A stretch of DNA of 64,000 nucleotides from the NCBI GenBank assembly GCA_030550395.1, contig JAUQPL010000001.1, positions 332,756 to 396,755 on the forward strand, written 5' to 3'. Below are positions 48,320-57,841 of this stretch, piece after piece; within the stretch, counting starts at the first letter, position 1, and each line of letters begins with the position of its first letter. The notes under the pieces were generated by a model that did no database searches, had not been told where the DNA came from, and was given only the letters and a program-made list of their open reading frames with translations. Made by a program: the position numbers and the translations under genes. The stretch comes from Bacteroidota bacterium. GTDB lineage: Bacteria; Bacteroidota; Ignavibacteria; Kapaibacteriales; HRBIN21.

Positions 48320-49687
48320 AAGCGCCGGATCGCACGGCGGCAGTTCCTCCACCAGCTTTTCCATCATCTGCTGGAATGAAGGTGCTTGCCAGTCCGACTC
48401 CGACTCTGTTCGCTCTAAAAGTATCTCCAAAATGCGCTCCTGAAGCCGACCACGCCGCAGCGCTTCAGCATAAGGCATATGAGTGAACGTAACCATTGTG
48501 TAGAGCGGAACAAAACGGTCAGGGTATCGGTCGGCAAGATACTGCTCCAGCTTTTTCCGTAACTGAAACCGAGGGTGGAGCACGCCATCCCGCATTTCTA
48601 CAAAGTTCTCCAGTGCCAGTTGAGCAATAGCATCAGCGCTCGGCTTACGGAAGCGCTCAAAGGCACGGAAAGCTGTCGACCAATCCGGATCATATTGCCG
48701 GAGAAATTCCAGCAGGACGACACAATCTTCAAACCCTGCATTCATTCCCTGCCCGTAGAAGGGAACGATTGCATGGGCAGCGTCACCCAACAGGAGGACC
48801 TTACCATCATAGCTCCACGGAAAACAGCGTATCGTCAGCAGGCTCCCCGTGGGATTGACAAAGAACTCCTCCGTCAGTTTCGGCATAAGCGGAACAGTAT
48901 CAGGGAATTCACTCCGGAAGAAGTGACGCACATCCTCCTCCGTCCGCAACGCTGCAAATGACAGCTCCCCTTCCAAGGGGAAGAAGAGGGTGCACGTAAA
49001 GCTACCATCAGGGTTCGGAAGGGCAATCAGCATGAAGGAGTGGCGTGGCCAGATATGAAGTGCTCGCGGGAAAAGCGCCCACGCCCCGTCAGAACGGGGA
49101 GGGATTGTCAGCTCCTTGTAGCCATAGTCCAAGTACTCCTGGCAGTAATTGAAGCCCTCCAGATGCTGCATCCGCAGGCGGACGGCCGAATATGCTCCGT
49201 CCACTCCGAAGACGACCTCTGCCTCCAAGCGCTGCCGCTCCCCCGTAGGCGTTTCTACTAGCACTGCTGGCGTTTCCAATTCCACATCCACACAACGGTG
49301 TTCAAAGAGAATTCGGGCATTGGGATATTCCTCCACGGCTGTCAACAGTAACTCATTGAGGCGACGTCGGTGGAAAGAATAGATCGCCTGTCCAGGCTTG
49401 CCGTATGGCTGGAAGCGCGTGCTTCCAGAGGGTTCGTGAATCATACGCCCTTCCATCGGGAGCGCAAAGGGACGAACTTGCTCATCCAGCCTTGCCAGGC
49501 GGAGCGCCCTCCAGCCACGGTCAGAGACCGCCAGATTGATGGAACGCCCTCCAGGAATTGCCGTCCGGCGCAAGTCAGAACGTCTCTCAAGAACTGTCAC
49601 TCGGTGCCCCTGCTGCGCTAAGAGCCGTGCCCAAAGAGCACCGACCAATCCAGCACCGACAATGACGACATTCCGCTGGCGCATCAC
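48260..49687 (-). CDS. kmo: Kynurenine 3-monooxygenase
   Basis: GAGLVG, GRSINLA.S.RG, YKEL.IP, LHIWPR, IALPN.D.SFTCTLF, GDAAHAIVPFYGQGMN. Confidence 0.96.
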   Translation of the reverse strand: MMRQRNVVIVGAGLVGALWARLLAQQGHRVTVLERRSDLRRTAIPGGRSINLAVSDRGWRALRLARLDEQVRPFALPMEGRMIHEPSGSTRFQPYGKPGQAIYSFHRRRLNELLLTAVEEYPNARILFEHRCVDVELETPAVLVETPTGERQRLEAEVVFGVDGAYSAVRLRMQHLEGFNYCQEYLDYGYKELTIPPRSDGAWALFPRALHIWPRHSFMLIALPNPDGSFTCTLFFPLEGELSFAALRTEEDVRHFFRSEFPDTVPLMPKLTEEFFVNPTGSLLTIRCFPWSYDGKVLLLGDAAHAIVPFYGQGMNAGFEDCVVLLEFLRQYDPDWSTAFRAFERFRKPSADAIAQLALENFVEMRDGVLHPRFQLRKKLEQYLADRYPDRFVPLYTMVTFTHMPYAEALRRGRLQERILEILLERTESESDWQAPSFQQMMEKLVEELPPCDPALLAGAVPERILEHPFGTGSG

Positions 49688-50301
49688 TCCTCCTGCTCCT
49701 TCCCGACCTGTAGGAAGGGGACAGCCTCACGAATGGTTACCCCCTCAACGGTAACGACAGAACCAGGCAGAGGTTGGAGAAGAATCCATTCGGTCAACAC
49801 CGGCTCTGCAGGAAGCCACAATGGGGGTAGGCACTCTAAGCGGGCCTCCACACCTCGCTCCCACTGGATTAGGTGCCACCGATGACTCCCTGAAGTCGGG
49901 GCCTCAAGCGTATCCTGCCGCCCTACCGCTTGCAGGATGACGCGATCGGGCAACACCATCAGCTCCACGGGGGCCTTACCCTGCTGCCGCCACGCCAACG
50001 GAGTCGTTCGCAAAAGGAGACGATAACCGCCGGAAGAGTGCAATTGGAGAGTTGCCATAAACATCGTCAGCCCTGTGACACGCAACGCCAGAGCTGTCCC
50101 CGAGTAGAGCCGAATAGCTCCCTCCCCCGTCCGATCCCACCTGAGTGAATCTCCCACGAAGCGAACCTCTACGGGAAACTCCACTCCCGCCTGGTCCATG
50201 ATAAGGGAAGACTCGCCCACTGGCAGTATACTGTCCGTAGCAACGTAAATGAGAAGCCCGCACCCGCTTGTCAGTCCTGCCAGAGATATCCACCACTTCA
50301 T
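49684..50301 (-). CDS. Hypothetical exported or membrane-anchored beta-rich protein
   Basis: Start and stop overlap both neighbours; N-terminal hydrophobic segment with possible lipobox TSGC. Confidence 0.6.
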   Translation of the reverse strand: MKWWISLAGLTSGCGLLIYVATDSILPVGESSLIMDQAGVEFPVEVRFVGDSLRWDRTGEGAIRLYSGTALALRVTGLTMFMATLQLHSSGGYRLLLRTTPLAWRQQGKAPVELMVLPDRVILQAVGRQDTLEAPTSGSHRWHLIQWERGVEARLECLPPLWLPAEPVLTEWILLQPLPGSVVTVEGVTIREAVPFLQVGKEQEE

Positions 50302-52160
50302 GGAACCAGCGCCGGCTGTTCTGGAATCAACTCCAAGCGACGGAGAATCTCCACCGCAATATCGTATCGCCGAAACGGGGGCATTAAGTAGATGCCATCC
50401 GCCGTGTGACGAACCGCCTGGACGAGTTCCACAGCAATGGCAATCCCTTCCGCTATCGCTGCTTCAGGAGTATCAGCCTGCGCCATCCGTTGGCGAACCC
50501 ACACGGGGATCGTGATCCCGGGCACCTCATAATGCAGGAACTCCGCATGGCGTACATTCCGCAAGGGAAGAATGCCAGCCACGACAGCAACAGGCAGCTG
50601 CTCTGTAGCCTGACGAAAACGTTCCCAAAGCTTTAGATCAAAGACTGGTTGCGTGAAGACAACTTGTGCTCCCTCCGCAACCTTGCGTTCCAGGCGCGCC
50701 CGTTCCTCCCGCCAGTTCTCTGCCGCCGGATTACAGGCACATGCAATGCAGAAGTTCATCTTCTGCCCGAGAAAATTATCGCTTGCATCCCGCCCTTCGT
50801 TGAAGGAACGGAGAATCCGAATCAGACCGATGGAATCAACATCAAAAACCGCCGCAGCGAACGGATAATCACCAATATGCGGTGGATCCCCTGTCACCGC
50901 CAAAATATTGCGCACTCCTAAGGCGTAGGCCCCTAAGAGCTCCGATTGGAGAGCAACCAGGTTACGGTCACGGCATGCAATATGGGCAATACATTCCATC
51001 CCCGTCTGACTCTGCACCAAATGTGCCAAAGCAATCGGGCTAATGCGCAGGCGAGCTCGGGCTCCATCGGAGATATTGATCGCATCAATCCCGCAGCGCT
51101 GCAGATACCGAGCTCCCTCTATCACAGAGTCCATCCCCACACCTCGCGGGACATCCATTTCTACCGTGACCACGAACTTCCGCCCCAACTTCTGTGCAAA
51201 TGGAGTCGGCGGAGGCGGCTCAGCAAACACTGGCTCCGTATCCCCGGTGGGCTCCGGTTCTAATTTCTTCTCCACTGCTCTGCCCGGGAAAGCTTGCTGC
51301 ACAGCCTGCACAATGGCTCGGACACATTCAACTGTTGCTCCGCCATCGGCTCCCACAATCCGCACACCAAGCTCGACCAACTCCCGGGCAACACGTGCCA
51401 GATAATCCGGCTCTGGATTGTAGGAACGGACATCCCCTTTGATCTGCGGGACACCAACATCGGGAATAGCACAGACAGGGACCGATGCCACTGCCACTAT
51501 TCTACGGGCAATGCTGAGCATCCTCTGAGGTCCGACCGTGCCTGCAGCCCCAAGTGCCGCAACAAGAAACCGACTAATCCGCTGCACGACCTGGCTCGGG
51601 AACGAACTTGCCAGCACCGAACCATCCTCTGCAAATGCCTTCAGTGCCACAATCGGCAGACGCGGATTGACCATCTGCGCCGCCTCTATAGCCAGCTCAA
51701 GCTCCCGCACCTCCACAAAGCCCTTCAGAAACAACAGCTCAGCACCCCCATCAACCAACGCCACAATCTGCTCAATGAAGGCTTGCCGTGCCGCCTCGGG
51801 TTCTATAGGACCGAGCGGACCCAACAACTTCCCTGTCGGTCCTACAACTCCTGCAGCATATGCCCGATGCAATGCCGCACACCGCGCCAACCACACCGCT
51901 GTCCGATTAAGCTCGTACACCTTGTCGGCTAAGCCGTATCGCTCCAAAGCAATCCGGTTGGCCCGCAAAGTGTTCGTCTGCACAATATCCGCCCCTGCCT
52001 CAACGAAGCAGCGATGAATATCTTCCACTACGGCCGGTTGCTCCAGGACATAGAGCTCCGGCGGCTGCTCCCACAAACCCCGTCGTTGGAGCTCCGCCTC
52101 TATAGAGCCATCAGTAACCAGCACCCCCTGGCGTAATCGCTCTGCAAAGGGAAGCTTCAT
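50298..52160 (-). CDS. YitJ-like bifunctional homocysteine S-methyltransferase/methylenetetrahydrofolate reductase (HMT Zn ligands absent)
   Basis: AGADIVQTNT..AN in the HMT domain; CRDRN, TGDP, TQPVFD, EVPG, G.YLMPPF in the MTHFR domain. Confidence 0.9.
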   Translation of the reverse strand: MKLPFAERLRQGVLVTDGSIEAELQRRGLWEQPPELYVLEQPAVVEDIHRCFVEAGADIVQTNTLRANRIALERYGLADKVYELNRTAVWLARCAALHRAYAAGVVGPTGKLLGPLGPIEPEAARQAFIEQIVALVDGGAELLFLKGFVEVRELELAIEAAQMVNPRLPIVALKAFAEDGSVLASSFPSQVVQRISRFLVAALGAAGTVGPQRMLSIARRIVAVASVPVCAIPDVGVPQIKGDVRSYNPEPDYLARVARELVELGVRIVGADGGATVECVRAIVQAVQQAFPGRAVEKKLEPEPTGDTEPVFAEPPPPTPFAQKLGRKFVVTVEMDVPRGVGMDSVIEGARYLQRCGIDAINISDGARARLRISPIALAHLVQSQTGMECIAHIACRDRNLVALQSELLGAYALGVRNILAVTGDPPHIGDYPFAAAVFDVDSIGLIRILRSFNEGRDASDNFLGQKMNFCIACACNPAAENWREERARLERKVAEGAQVVFTQPVFDLKLWERFRQATEQLPVAVVAGILPLRNVRHAEFLHYEVPGITIPVWVRQRMAQADTPEAAIAEGIAIAVELVQAVRHTADGIYLMPPFRRYDIAVEILRRLELIPEQPALVP

Positions 52161-52621
52161 CAGCGCCGAATGTACTGCTCAACGCCCCAGCGTTGTGGTG
52201 TCCATACCACCAATACCAATGCTGCCACTAACAAAGCAATATCGTGCAGCACCCGCTCCCAGCCAATCCGTTCCGTTGCCGTCTGCGAAAAGCATCCGCA
52301 ATGGATATCCAGTCCTCGCACCAACGCCGATACCAAAGCCACGGTGAATACCACCAATAGTCCAGCAGCGACCATTGCTGCTGCTTGTACCCGCAAGCCC
52401 GCCAGCAGCATCAGACCAACCATCAGCTCCAACCACGGTAAAACGATGGCGAGAACATTGACTAACTCCAGCGGTACCAAACGGTAATTTGCAATATTGC
52501 GGGCAAAAAGCTCTGGATTGCCCAACTTGTCTGCTGCAGCAACCAGAAAAACCATCCCCAACACAAGTCGCAGAAGTAGCCCAATACCCTCTCGCGCACG
52601 CTCCATCAGTATCTGCCTCAC
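52160..52621 (-). CDS. DoxX/MauE-family membrane protein
   Basis: RLVLG.VF..A...K, LPWLE, RGLDIHCGCF. Confidence 0.88.
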   Translation of the reverse strand: MRQILMERAREGIGLLLRLVLGMVFLVAAADKLGNPELFARNIANYRLVPLELVNVLAIVLPWLELMVGLMLLAGLRVQAAAMVAAGLLVVFTVALVSALVRGLDIHCGCFSQTATERIGWERVLHDIALLVAALVLVVWTPQRWGVEQYIRR

Positions 52622-52656
52622 ACAGGTAATTGTTCCCCGAAATTACGCCAATCCCC

Positions 52657-54135
52657 CTAAACGGAACCACGCCATATCCGCCACCATCCCCACAGGAGCC
52701 CTACAGCAACAACGCTCCAAAGCAACCGCCCAATGATCGGGCTCCCCATCCCCAGAATTGCCACAATACCGGCAATCCCCCACACACCCCCAACCCGCCC
52801 CCACGGATATGGTACGGGATAGAGCCGCTGTGCAAAGAGGAGCATCGCAAGGGCTGCTACTGTGTAGGCTCCTAGCGTTGCCCATGCTGCTCCTCGATAT
52901 CCCAACCAAGGCACCAAGAGCAGGAGGAGCCCAATGTTTGTGACCGCCGCAAGGATCATTGCCCCTGCTAAACGCTCCGTCCGCTTCCGAATATGGGCAG
53001 CAGCAGCAGCGAAAACGTAGATACCGAAGAGCACATACCCTGCAGCAACAATCGGCACAATGTCAAGCCCCTCCCAGTAGTCCGGATGGATCAGGAAACC
53101 TCCCCCAATGGGCATCTGCGCCAGCACAGGAATCCACAGCACCATCCCCACAAAGAACAGGGCTGCCGTAAGATTCCATCGCCAAAAGACGGCTGCAAAT
53201 AGCTGCGGGCCATCGGGACGCTGCGCCTGCTGGAGGAAAAAGGGACGCCAAGCATATTCAAAAACCGTAACCATCAACAACATGGGCAATGCTAAACGGT
53301 AGTTCGCTTGGTAAATGCCAACTGCCTGCGCATCTGCCAACAACATCAGCAGTGGACGGTCCACCACATGGAGTGCTATACTTGCCAATGCTGCCGGGAC
53401 TGCCGGTAGCCCATATCGGAGCATCTCCCAGTAAAGACCTGCCTGCCACTGCCATCGGAATAAACGTGCAATAACCGGGGCTGTCCCTACTGCCGTACTG
53501 GCTGACGCCACAACTCCTGCCCACAGCACTCCAGGAGCTCCCCAACGCCATACAAGTACAAAGAGCACCGTGGCTGCCACCTGCACGACCGCATTCACCA
53601 GGCGGAGTCCTCCATACCATAACGGACGCCGTCGTAGGCGCAACTCTGCTAATGGGACAACGGCAACCCCGTCCAACAACATCACAAGCGCCGCCGCCCG
53701 TACTCCCTCTGCCCCCAACCGAGAGAGCTGGAGCACGGGTGCAAGGACAGGAGCTGCTATCCACACCCCAAGACACAGGAGAGCTCCGTTGACCACCATG
53801 GTTCCCCATGCATACGCAAAGACAGCTCTCCGGGCCTCTCCCTGCCGCTCTGCTGCAAAGCGCATATATGCTGACTCCCAGCCCAACGCTAACACCACGT
53901 TAGCAAACGCCAACAACGCGAAGAGATAGCTCACCTCCCCAAATGCCTCCGGCTGAAGCACATTTGTGTACAGAGGCGTCAGCAGAAAAGTGAGCAAGCG
54001 GACAAGAAGCATGGTTACAGCATAGACAAACGTATCGCTGGCAAGCTGTCGGAGCTGCCATCGCCTTCCGACAGATCCCGTGCCTATCGCCCCTATGCCT
54101 TCGGAAAGCCCTATTTTTGCATGCCCTTTTGACAT
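52657..54135 (-). CDS. Oligosaccharide flippase (Wzx/MOP family); start uncertain
   Basis: LASDT.VY, FLLTPLYT..L.P..FG, VDR, AWRPFF; about 12-14 TM. Confidence 0.87.
   Translation of the reverse strand: MSKGHAKIGLSEGIGAIGTGSVGRRWQLRQLASDTFVYAVTMLLVRLLTFLLTPLYTNVLQPEAFGEVSYLFALLAFANVVLALGWESAYMRFAAERQGEARRAVFAYAWGTMVVNGALLCLGVWIAAPVLAPVLQLSRLGAEGVRAAALVMLLDGVAVVPLAELRLRRRPLWYGGLRLVNAVVQVAATVLFVLVWRWGAPGVLWAGVVASASTAVGTAPVIARLFRWQWQAGLYWEMLRYGLPAVPAALASIALHVVDRPLLMLLADAQAVGIYQANYRLALPMLLMVTVFEYAWRPFFLQQAQRPDGPQLFAAVFWRWNLTAALFFVGMVLWIPVLAQMPIGGGFLIHPDYWEGLDIVPIVAAGYVLFGIYVFAAAAAHIRKRTERLAGAMILAAVTNIGLLLLLVPWLGYRGAAWATLGAYTVAALAMLLFAQRLYPVPYPWGRVGGVWGIAGIVAILGMGSPIIGRLLWSVVAVGLLWGWWRIWRGSV
54112..54119 (+). 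promoter_or_regulatory. -7 promoter element (TATTTTTG) upstream of the M28 peptidase gene
   Basis: Exact TAnnTTTG just upstream of ATGs at 54134 and 54143. Confidence 0.45.
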
Positions 54136-56008
54136 GGTGACCATGCCCTTCACGCAAAGCTATCGCTTTTTTGCTCTCCTCTTCAGCGCTGGGGTCTCCC
54201 TCTGGGCACAGACATCGTTACCGGCGACCTCCCTTTCTCCAGCAGCTGAACGTTTACACTCTTACGTTCGCTTCCTAAGCTCACCAGAGCTGGAAGGACG
54301 TGCAGCCGGCTCTCCAGGAAACCGCCGTGCCGCTGATTTCATTGCAGCCCATTTCCAACGGGTGGGACTACTCCCTTTGGGTGGGAGCTTCTTCCAGCCC
54401 TTCCCTATCATTACGGAGATCCGCATCGGCGCTGCAACTCGGGCAGAATTCACCATTACGGTGGAGCGGGTTGATTTGCCCCGCGAAATGTGGCGCTCCT
54501 ATACTCTCCGCTGGACTGCCGGCAAGGACTTCGTACCGCTCAGCTTCAGTGCTAATGGAACGGCTTCCGGGACACTCGTCTTCGCCGGCTTCGGCATTTC
54601 TGCTCCGGAGCGACAATACGACGACTATGCGGGCATTGACGTACGGGGCAAAATTGTGCTGCTCCTCCGCGGAACCCCGTGGGATGAGCGACTTCGCTCA
54701 AAGCTGGTTCGGGAAAAGCTTCAGGAGGAAAAACAAGCAGCAGACCCGCGCTATGCTTCACTGCGTTACAAAGTCTCCACAGCGGAAAGTCGGGGGGCTG
54801 CCGCCGTCATCCTCGTAGATCCCCAAGGGGACTCCTCAAATGTTTTCCTTCCCCTCTCGCCGGAGATGCGTTCGCCTCCCGCTTCCATCCCCGTGATTCA
54901 CGCTCGGCGCACTGAAGCAGCAAAGCTCTTCCCGCGCGAGCGCTCCCTCTACACGCGCGAGCTGGAAATTCTCCGCACGCAGAAACCCCAAAGCTTTGAA
55001 CTCCCGCTGGTTCAAGCAACCCTGGTAGTAGAACTGGAAATCTCCGAAGCAGAATCCCCCAATGTTTTGGGTCTGGTGCCAGGGACGTCACCCCACTCTG
55101 CTCACGAACATATCATCGTGGGAGCCCACTTTGACCACTTGGGTTGGGGACATTTCGGCTCTCTCTCCGATTCCCGAGAGCCTGCAATTCACCCAGGTGC
55201 CGACGACAATGCCTCTGGTACAGCAGTCCTGATGGAGCTTGCCGAACGCCTGAAACGGAACCCTGTGCCCCGCTCTGTACTCTTCATCGCCTTCAATGCT
55301 GAAGAACAAGGCGTCGTGGGCTCCAGCTTCTACGTCCGCAACCCCAAGCTGCCACTGGACAGCGCTATTGCGATGCTCAACCTGGACATGGTAGGGCGTC
55401 TGAGGGAACATACCCTTATTGTGCATGGTGCAGGCAGCTCTTCCCTCTGGCACCTGCTCTTAGACTCCCTGGCCCCACTTTTCGGTCTTCGCCTCTCTAC
55501 TGCCGAAAGTGGCTTCGGCCCCAGTGACCACACCCCCTTCCATGCGCGAGGGCTTCCCGTACTCTTCTTCTTTACGGGACTGCACAGGGATTACCATCGC
55601 CCCAGCGACACATGGGACAAGCTGGACTACGAAGGTATGGTGCAGATAGCTGACTTCGTAGAAGCTCTCATCCGCGCCCTTGCCCATCGGCCCGAACGAC
55701 CGGATGCTCGTTCAACACAAGCTCCTGCATCACTACGAATGGAAGGACGCCCACGGGTTCGCCTCGGCATTATCCCTGACTACAGTGACCATCCCCAGGG
55801 ACTTCGCCTCAATGGGGTCAGCGAAAATAGCCCAGCCCAGCGCGCCGGACTCGGCCCCGACGACGTCATCACCGGTCTGGGCTCCCATTCCATTCGGAAC
55901 ATCTATGACCTGATGAACGCCCTCCAGCAATTTGCCCCTGGCGACACAACGACTGTCTACTTCCTGCGCAACGGCACTTCCCGAACGGCACCGGTACGTT
56001 TTGAGTAG
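54134..56008 (+). CDS. Secreted M28 aminopeptidase with PA and PDZ domains
   Basis: LEGR..GS.G, PA domain DDYAG.DV.GKIV, GAHFDHLG, GADDNASG, AEE.G..GS, NLDM.GR, SDH, DYH, C-terminal PDZ. Confidence 0.93.
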   Translation: MVTMPFTQSYRFFALLFSAGVSLWAQTSLPATSLSPAAERLHSYVRFLSSPELEGRAAGSPGNRRAADFIAAHFQRVGLLPLGGSFFQPFPIITEIRIGAATRAEFTITVERVDLPREMWRSYTLRWTAGKDFVPLSFSANGTASGTLVFAGFGISAPERQYDDYAGIDVRGKIVLLLRGTPWDERLRSKLVREKLQEEKQAADPRYASLRYKVSTAESRGAAAVILVDPQGDSSNVFLPLSPEMRSPPASIPVIHARRTEAAKLFPRERSLYTRELEILRTQKPQSFELPLVQATLVVELEISEAESPNVLGLVPGTSPHSAHEHIIVGAHFDHLGWGHFGSLSDSREPAIHPGADDNASGTAVLMELAERLKRNPVPRSVLFIAFNAEEQGVVGSSFYVRNPKLPLDSAIAMLNLDMVGRLREHTLIVHGAGSSSLWHLLLDSLAPLFGLRLSTAESGFGPSDHTPFHARGLPVLFFFTGLHRDYHRPSDTWDKLDYEGMVQIADFVEALIRALAHRPERPDARSTQAPASLRMEGRPRVRLGIIPDYSDHPQGLRLNGVSENSPAQRAGLGPDDVITGLGSHSIRNIYDLMNALQQFAPGDTTTVYFLRNGTSRTAPVRFE

Positions 56009-56025
56009 CTGCCGCAGCCCCCAGA

Positions 56026-56889
56026 ATGGTCACAACACAAGTCTTCACCGAGCGTTTCTGGATAACGAGCACCTCCGGCGAGCGTATCCTCGGCGATCTC
56101 TACTGGCAACCCACCCGGGGCACAGGTCCGATGATCATCATGCTGCATGGCTTCACCGGCTTCAAGGATTGGGCCTTCTTCCCCTACGTAGCAACGGAGT
56201 TCGCTATACGAGGCGCATGCGTAGTAACGTTCAACTTCTCACTGAGCGGCTACATTGAGGGCTCCGACCGGGTAGAACGACCGGAGCTATTTGCTCGGAA
56301 TACGATCCGCCAAGAAATCGAGGACACTATAGCCGTCGTCACTGCATTCGCAAAACGTACTCTTGAAGCCCCTGCCACATGGTGGAAGCGTTGGAACAAG
56401 CGGATGTTCCTCTTAGGCTATTCCCGCGGTGCTGGAGTTGCTCTCATCGCCCTCCGCATTCACCCACAGCTGCCTATAGAGCGTCTGGCATTGTGGTCAC
56501 CGGTGACGACCTTCCATCATTACACGGAGCGCCAAAAAAAGCGCTGGCGTCAACGCGGCTCCCTAGAAATCTCCCATACCCGTACAAGCCAGATCCTTCG
56601 CATGAATGTGGAGTACCTGGAAGATTTGGAAGCCAACGCAGAGCGATACGACCTCCGGAAAGCAATTGCTTACCTGAAGTGCCCGACCCTGGTGGTCCAC
56701 GGGATGCACGATATCACCGTGCCCCTCCGCTCAGTACAGGAGCTTGTTACAGCAGCCCCCTCTGAGTTGGTATCATTGCACGTAATCCCCCATACCGGAC
56801 ACACGCTCGGGGTAGACCACCCCATGCGAGCCCCATCACCTGCCGTACTTGAAGCCCTCAGAGTCACAGCAGACTTCTTCTCACTATGA
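56026..56889 (+). CDS. Alpha/beta hydrolase
   Basis: HGF.GFKDW, FNFS, GYSRG, VHG..D..VP, GH. Confidence 0.88.
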   Translation: MVTTQVFTERFWITSTSGERILGDLYWQPTRGTGPMIIMLHGFTGFKDWAFFPYVATEFAIRGACVVTFNFSLSGYIEGSDRVERPELFARNTIRQEIEDTIAVVTAFAKRTLEAPATWWKRWNKRMFLLGYSRGAGVALIALRIHPQLPIERLALWSPVTTFHHYTERQKKRWRQRGSLEISHTRTSQILRMNVEYLEDLEANAERYDLRKAIAYLKCPTLVVHGMHDITVPLRSVQELVTAAPSELVSLHVIPHTGHTLGVDHPMRAPSPAVLEALRVTADFFSL

Positions 56890-57335
56890 CCTTTCCCCCC
56901 ATGCTCCTGTCTATCGGACTCCTCCTCGGAGGCTGCCAAAACTGGTGGACAGCACGCCAAGAGCCCCTTCCCTCAGATCCAACGACACCGGTCGGCACAG
57001 CGCTTTTGTTCAAAAAACTGTTAGACAGCGGTTCAACAGCAGATGCAACGTGCCTTCTTGCCGCTTCTCGAGGGAAGCCGCTGTTAGCGGAACAACGCTA
57101 CGAGCTCCTCCCCGAACTTGAGCGCCTTCGTTCCTTAGTGGGTGGACTCCCAATTACTTACTGCCGCACCGATAGCTCTGCCCCCTTCCGGTCGGTAGTA
57201 TGGCTAGAGCTGGATTACCTCTACACCTTGCGTTTCACGCTGGACCGCCGCGACAGCCTATGGTTCATCACAGCTCTGGAGTTTATCCCCTGGCACCGTC
57301 CCGCTGTACCTCTTTTCCCCGACCCAGCGGAATAG
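56886..57335 (+). CDS. Hypothetical lipoprotein
   Basis: ATGA overlap with the upstream gene; lipobox LGGC. Confidence 0.65.
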   Translation: MTFPPMLLSIGLLLGGCQNWWTARQEPLPSDPTTPVGTALLFKKLLDSGSTADATCLLAASRGKPLLAEQRYELLPELERLRSLVGGLPITYCRTDSSAPFRSVVWLELDYLYTLRFTLDRRDSLWFITALEFIPWHRPAVPLFPDPAE

Positions 57336-57397
57336 CCCGTCCATCTCCTTGCTCTCCCCTATTTTGGTAGCAACCTCACGGTGTGGAGGAGGTCGCC

Positions 57398-57712
57398 ATG
57401 AAAGTGACGGGAATGGTCAGCATTACCCCGATTGGGGTTGGCATGTCGCTGTCAGACTACATTGCAACGTGTGTCCGCGTCCTTCAAGAATCCGGGCTCC
57501 AATGCCAGCTCCATGCTCACGGAACCAACGTGGAAGGCGATTGGGAAACTCTTTGCTTTGCCCTGTACCGCTGCTTTGAGAGCCTACAGCAACAGAATGT
57601 CCGCCGTATCAGCCTCTGGCTCAAGGTAGAAATGCGCTCCGATCGGGAACCCTCTTTAGAGGCAGCGGTTCGCTCGGTTGAAGCCAAACTCCGCTCCGAA
57701 GACTCTCTCTGA
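57398..57712 (+). CDS. MTH1187/thiamine-binding-protein family
   Basis: SITPIG...SLS.YIA, GTNVEGDW; GGAGG SD before ATG 57398. Confidence 0.88.
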   Translation: MKVTGMVSITPIGVGMSLSDYIATCVRVLQESGLQCQLHAHGTNVEGDWETLCFALYRCFESLQQQNVRRISLWLKVEMRSDREPSLEAAVRSVEAKLRSEDSL

Positions 57713-57841
57713 GCTGTCAGCGCAAGGCTGGGTCCCTTCCATTGAACCCCAAAATCCTATTTTCGTGCTGCCTCCAATGCCCTCATAGTAAGAAGGGGCG
57801 TACCATAAGGCGTCTTATGTACCACAGTCTCCTCACTCCCC

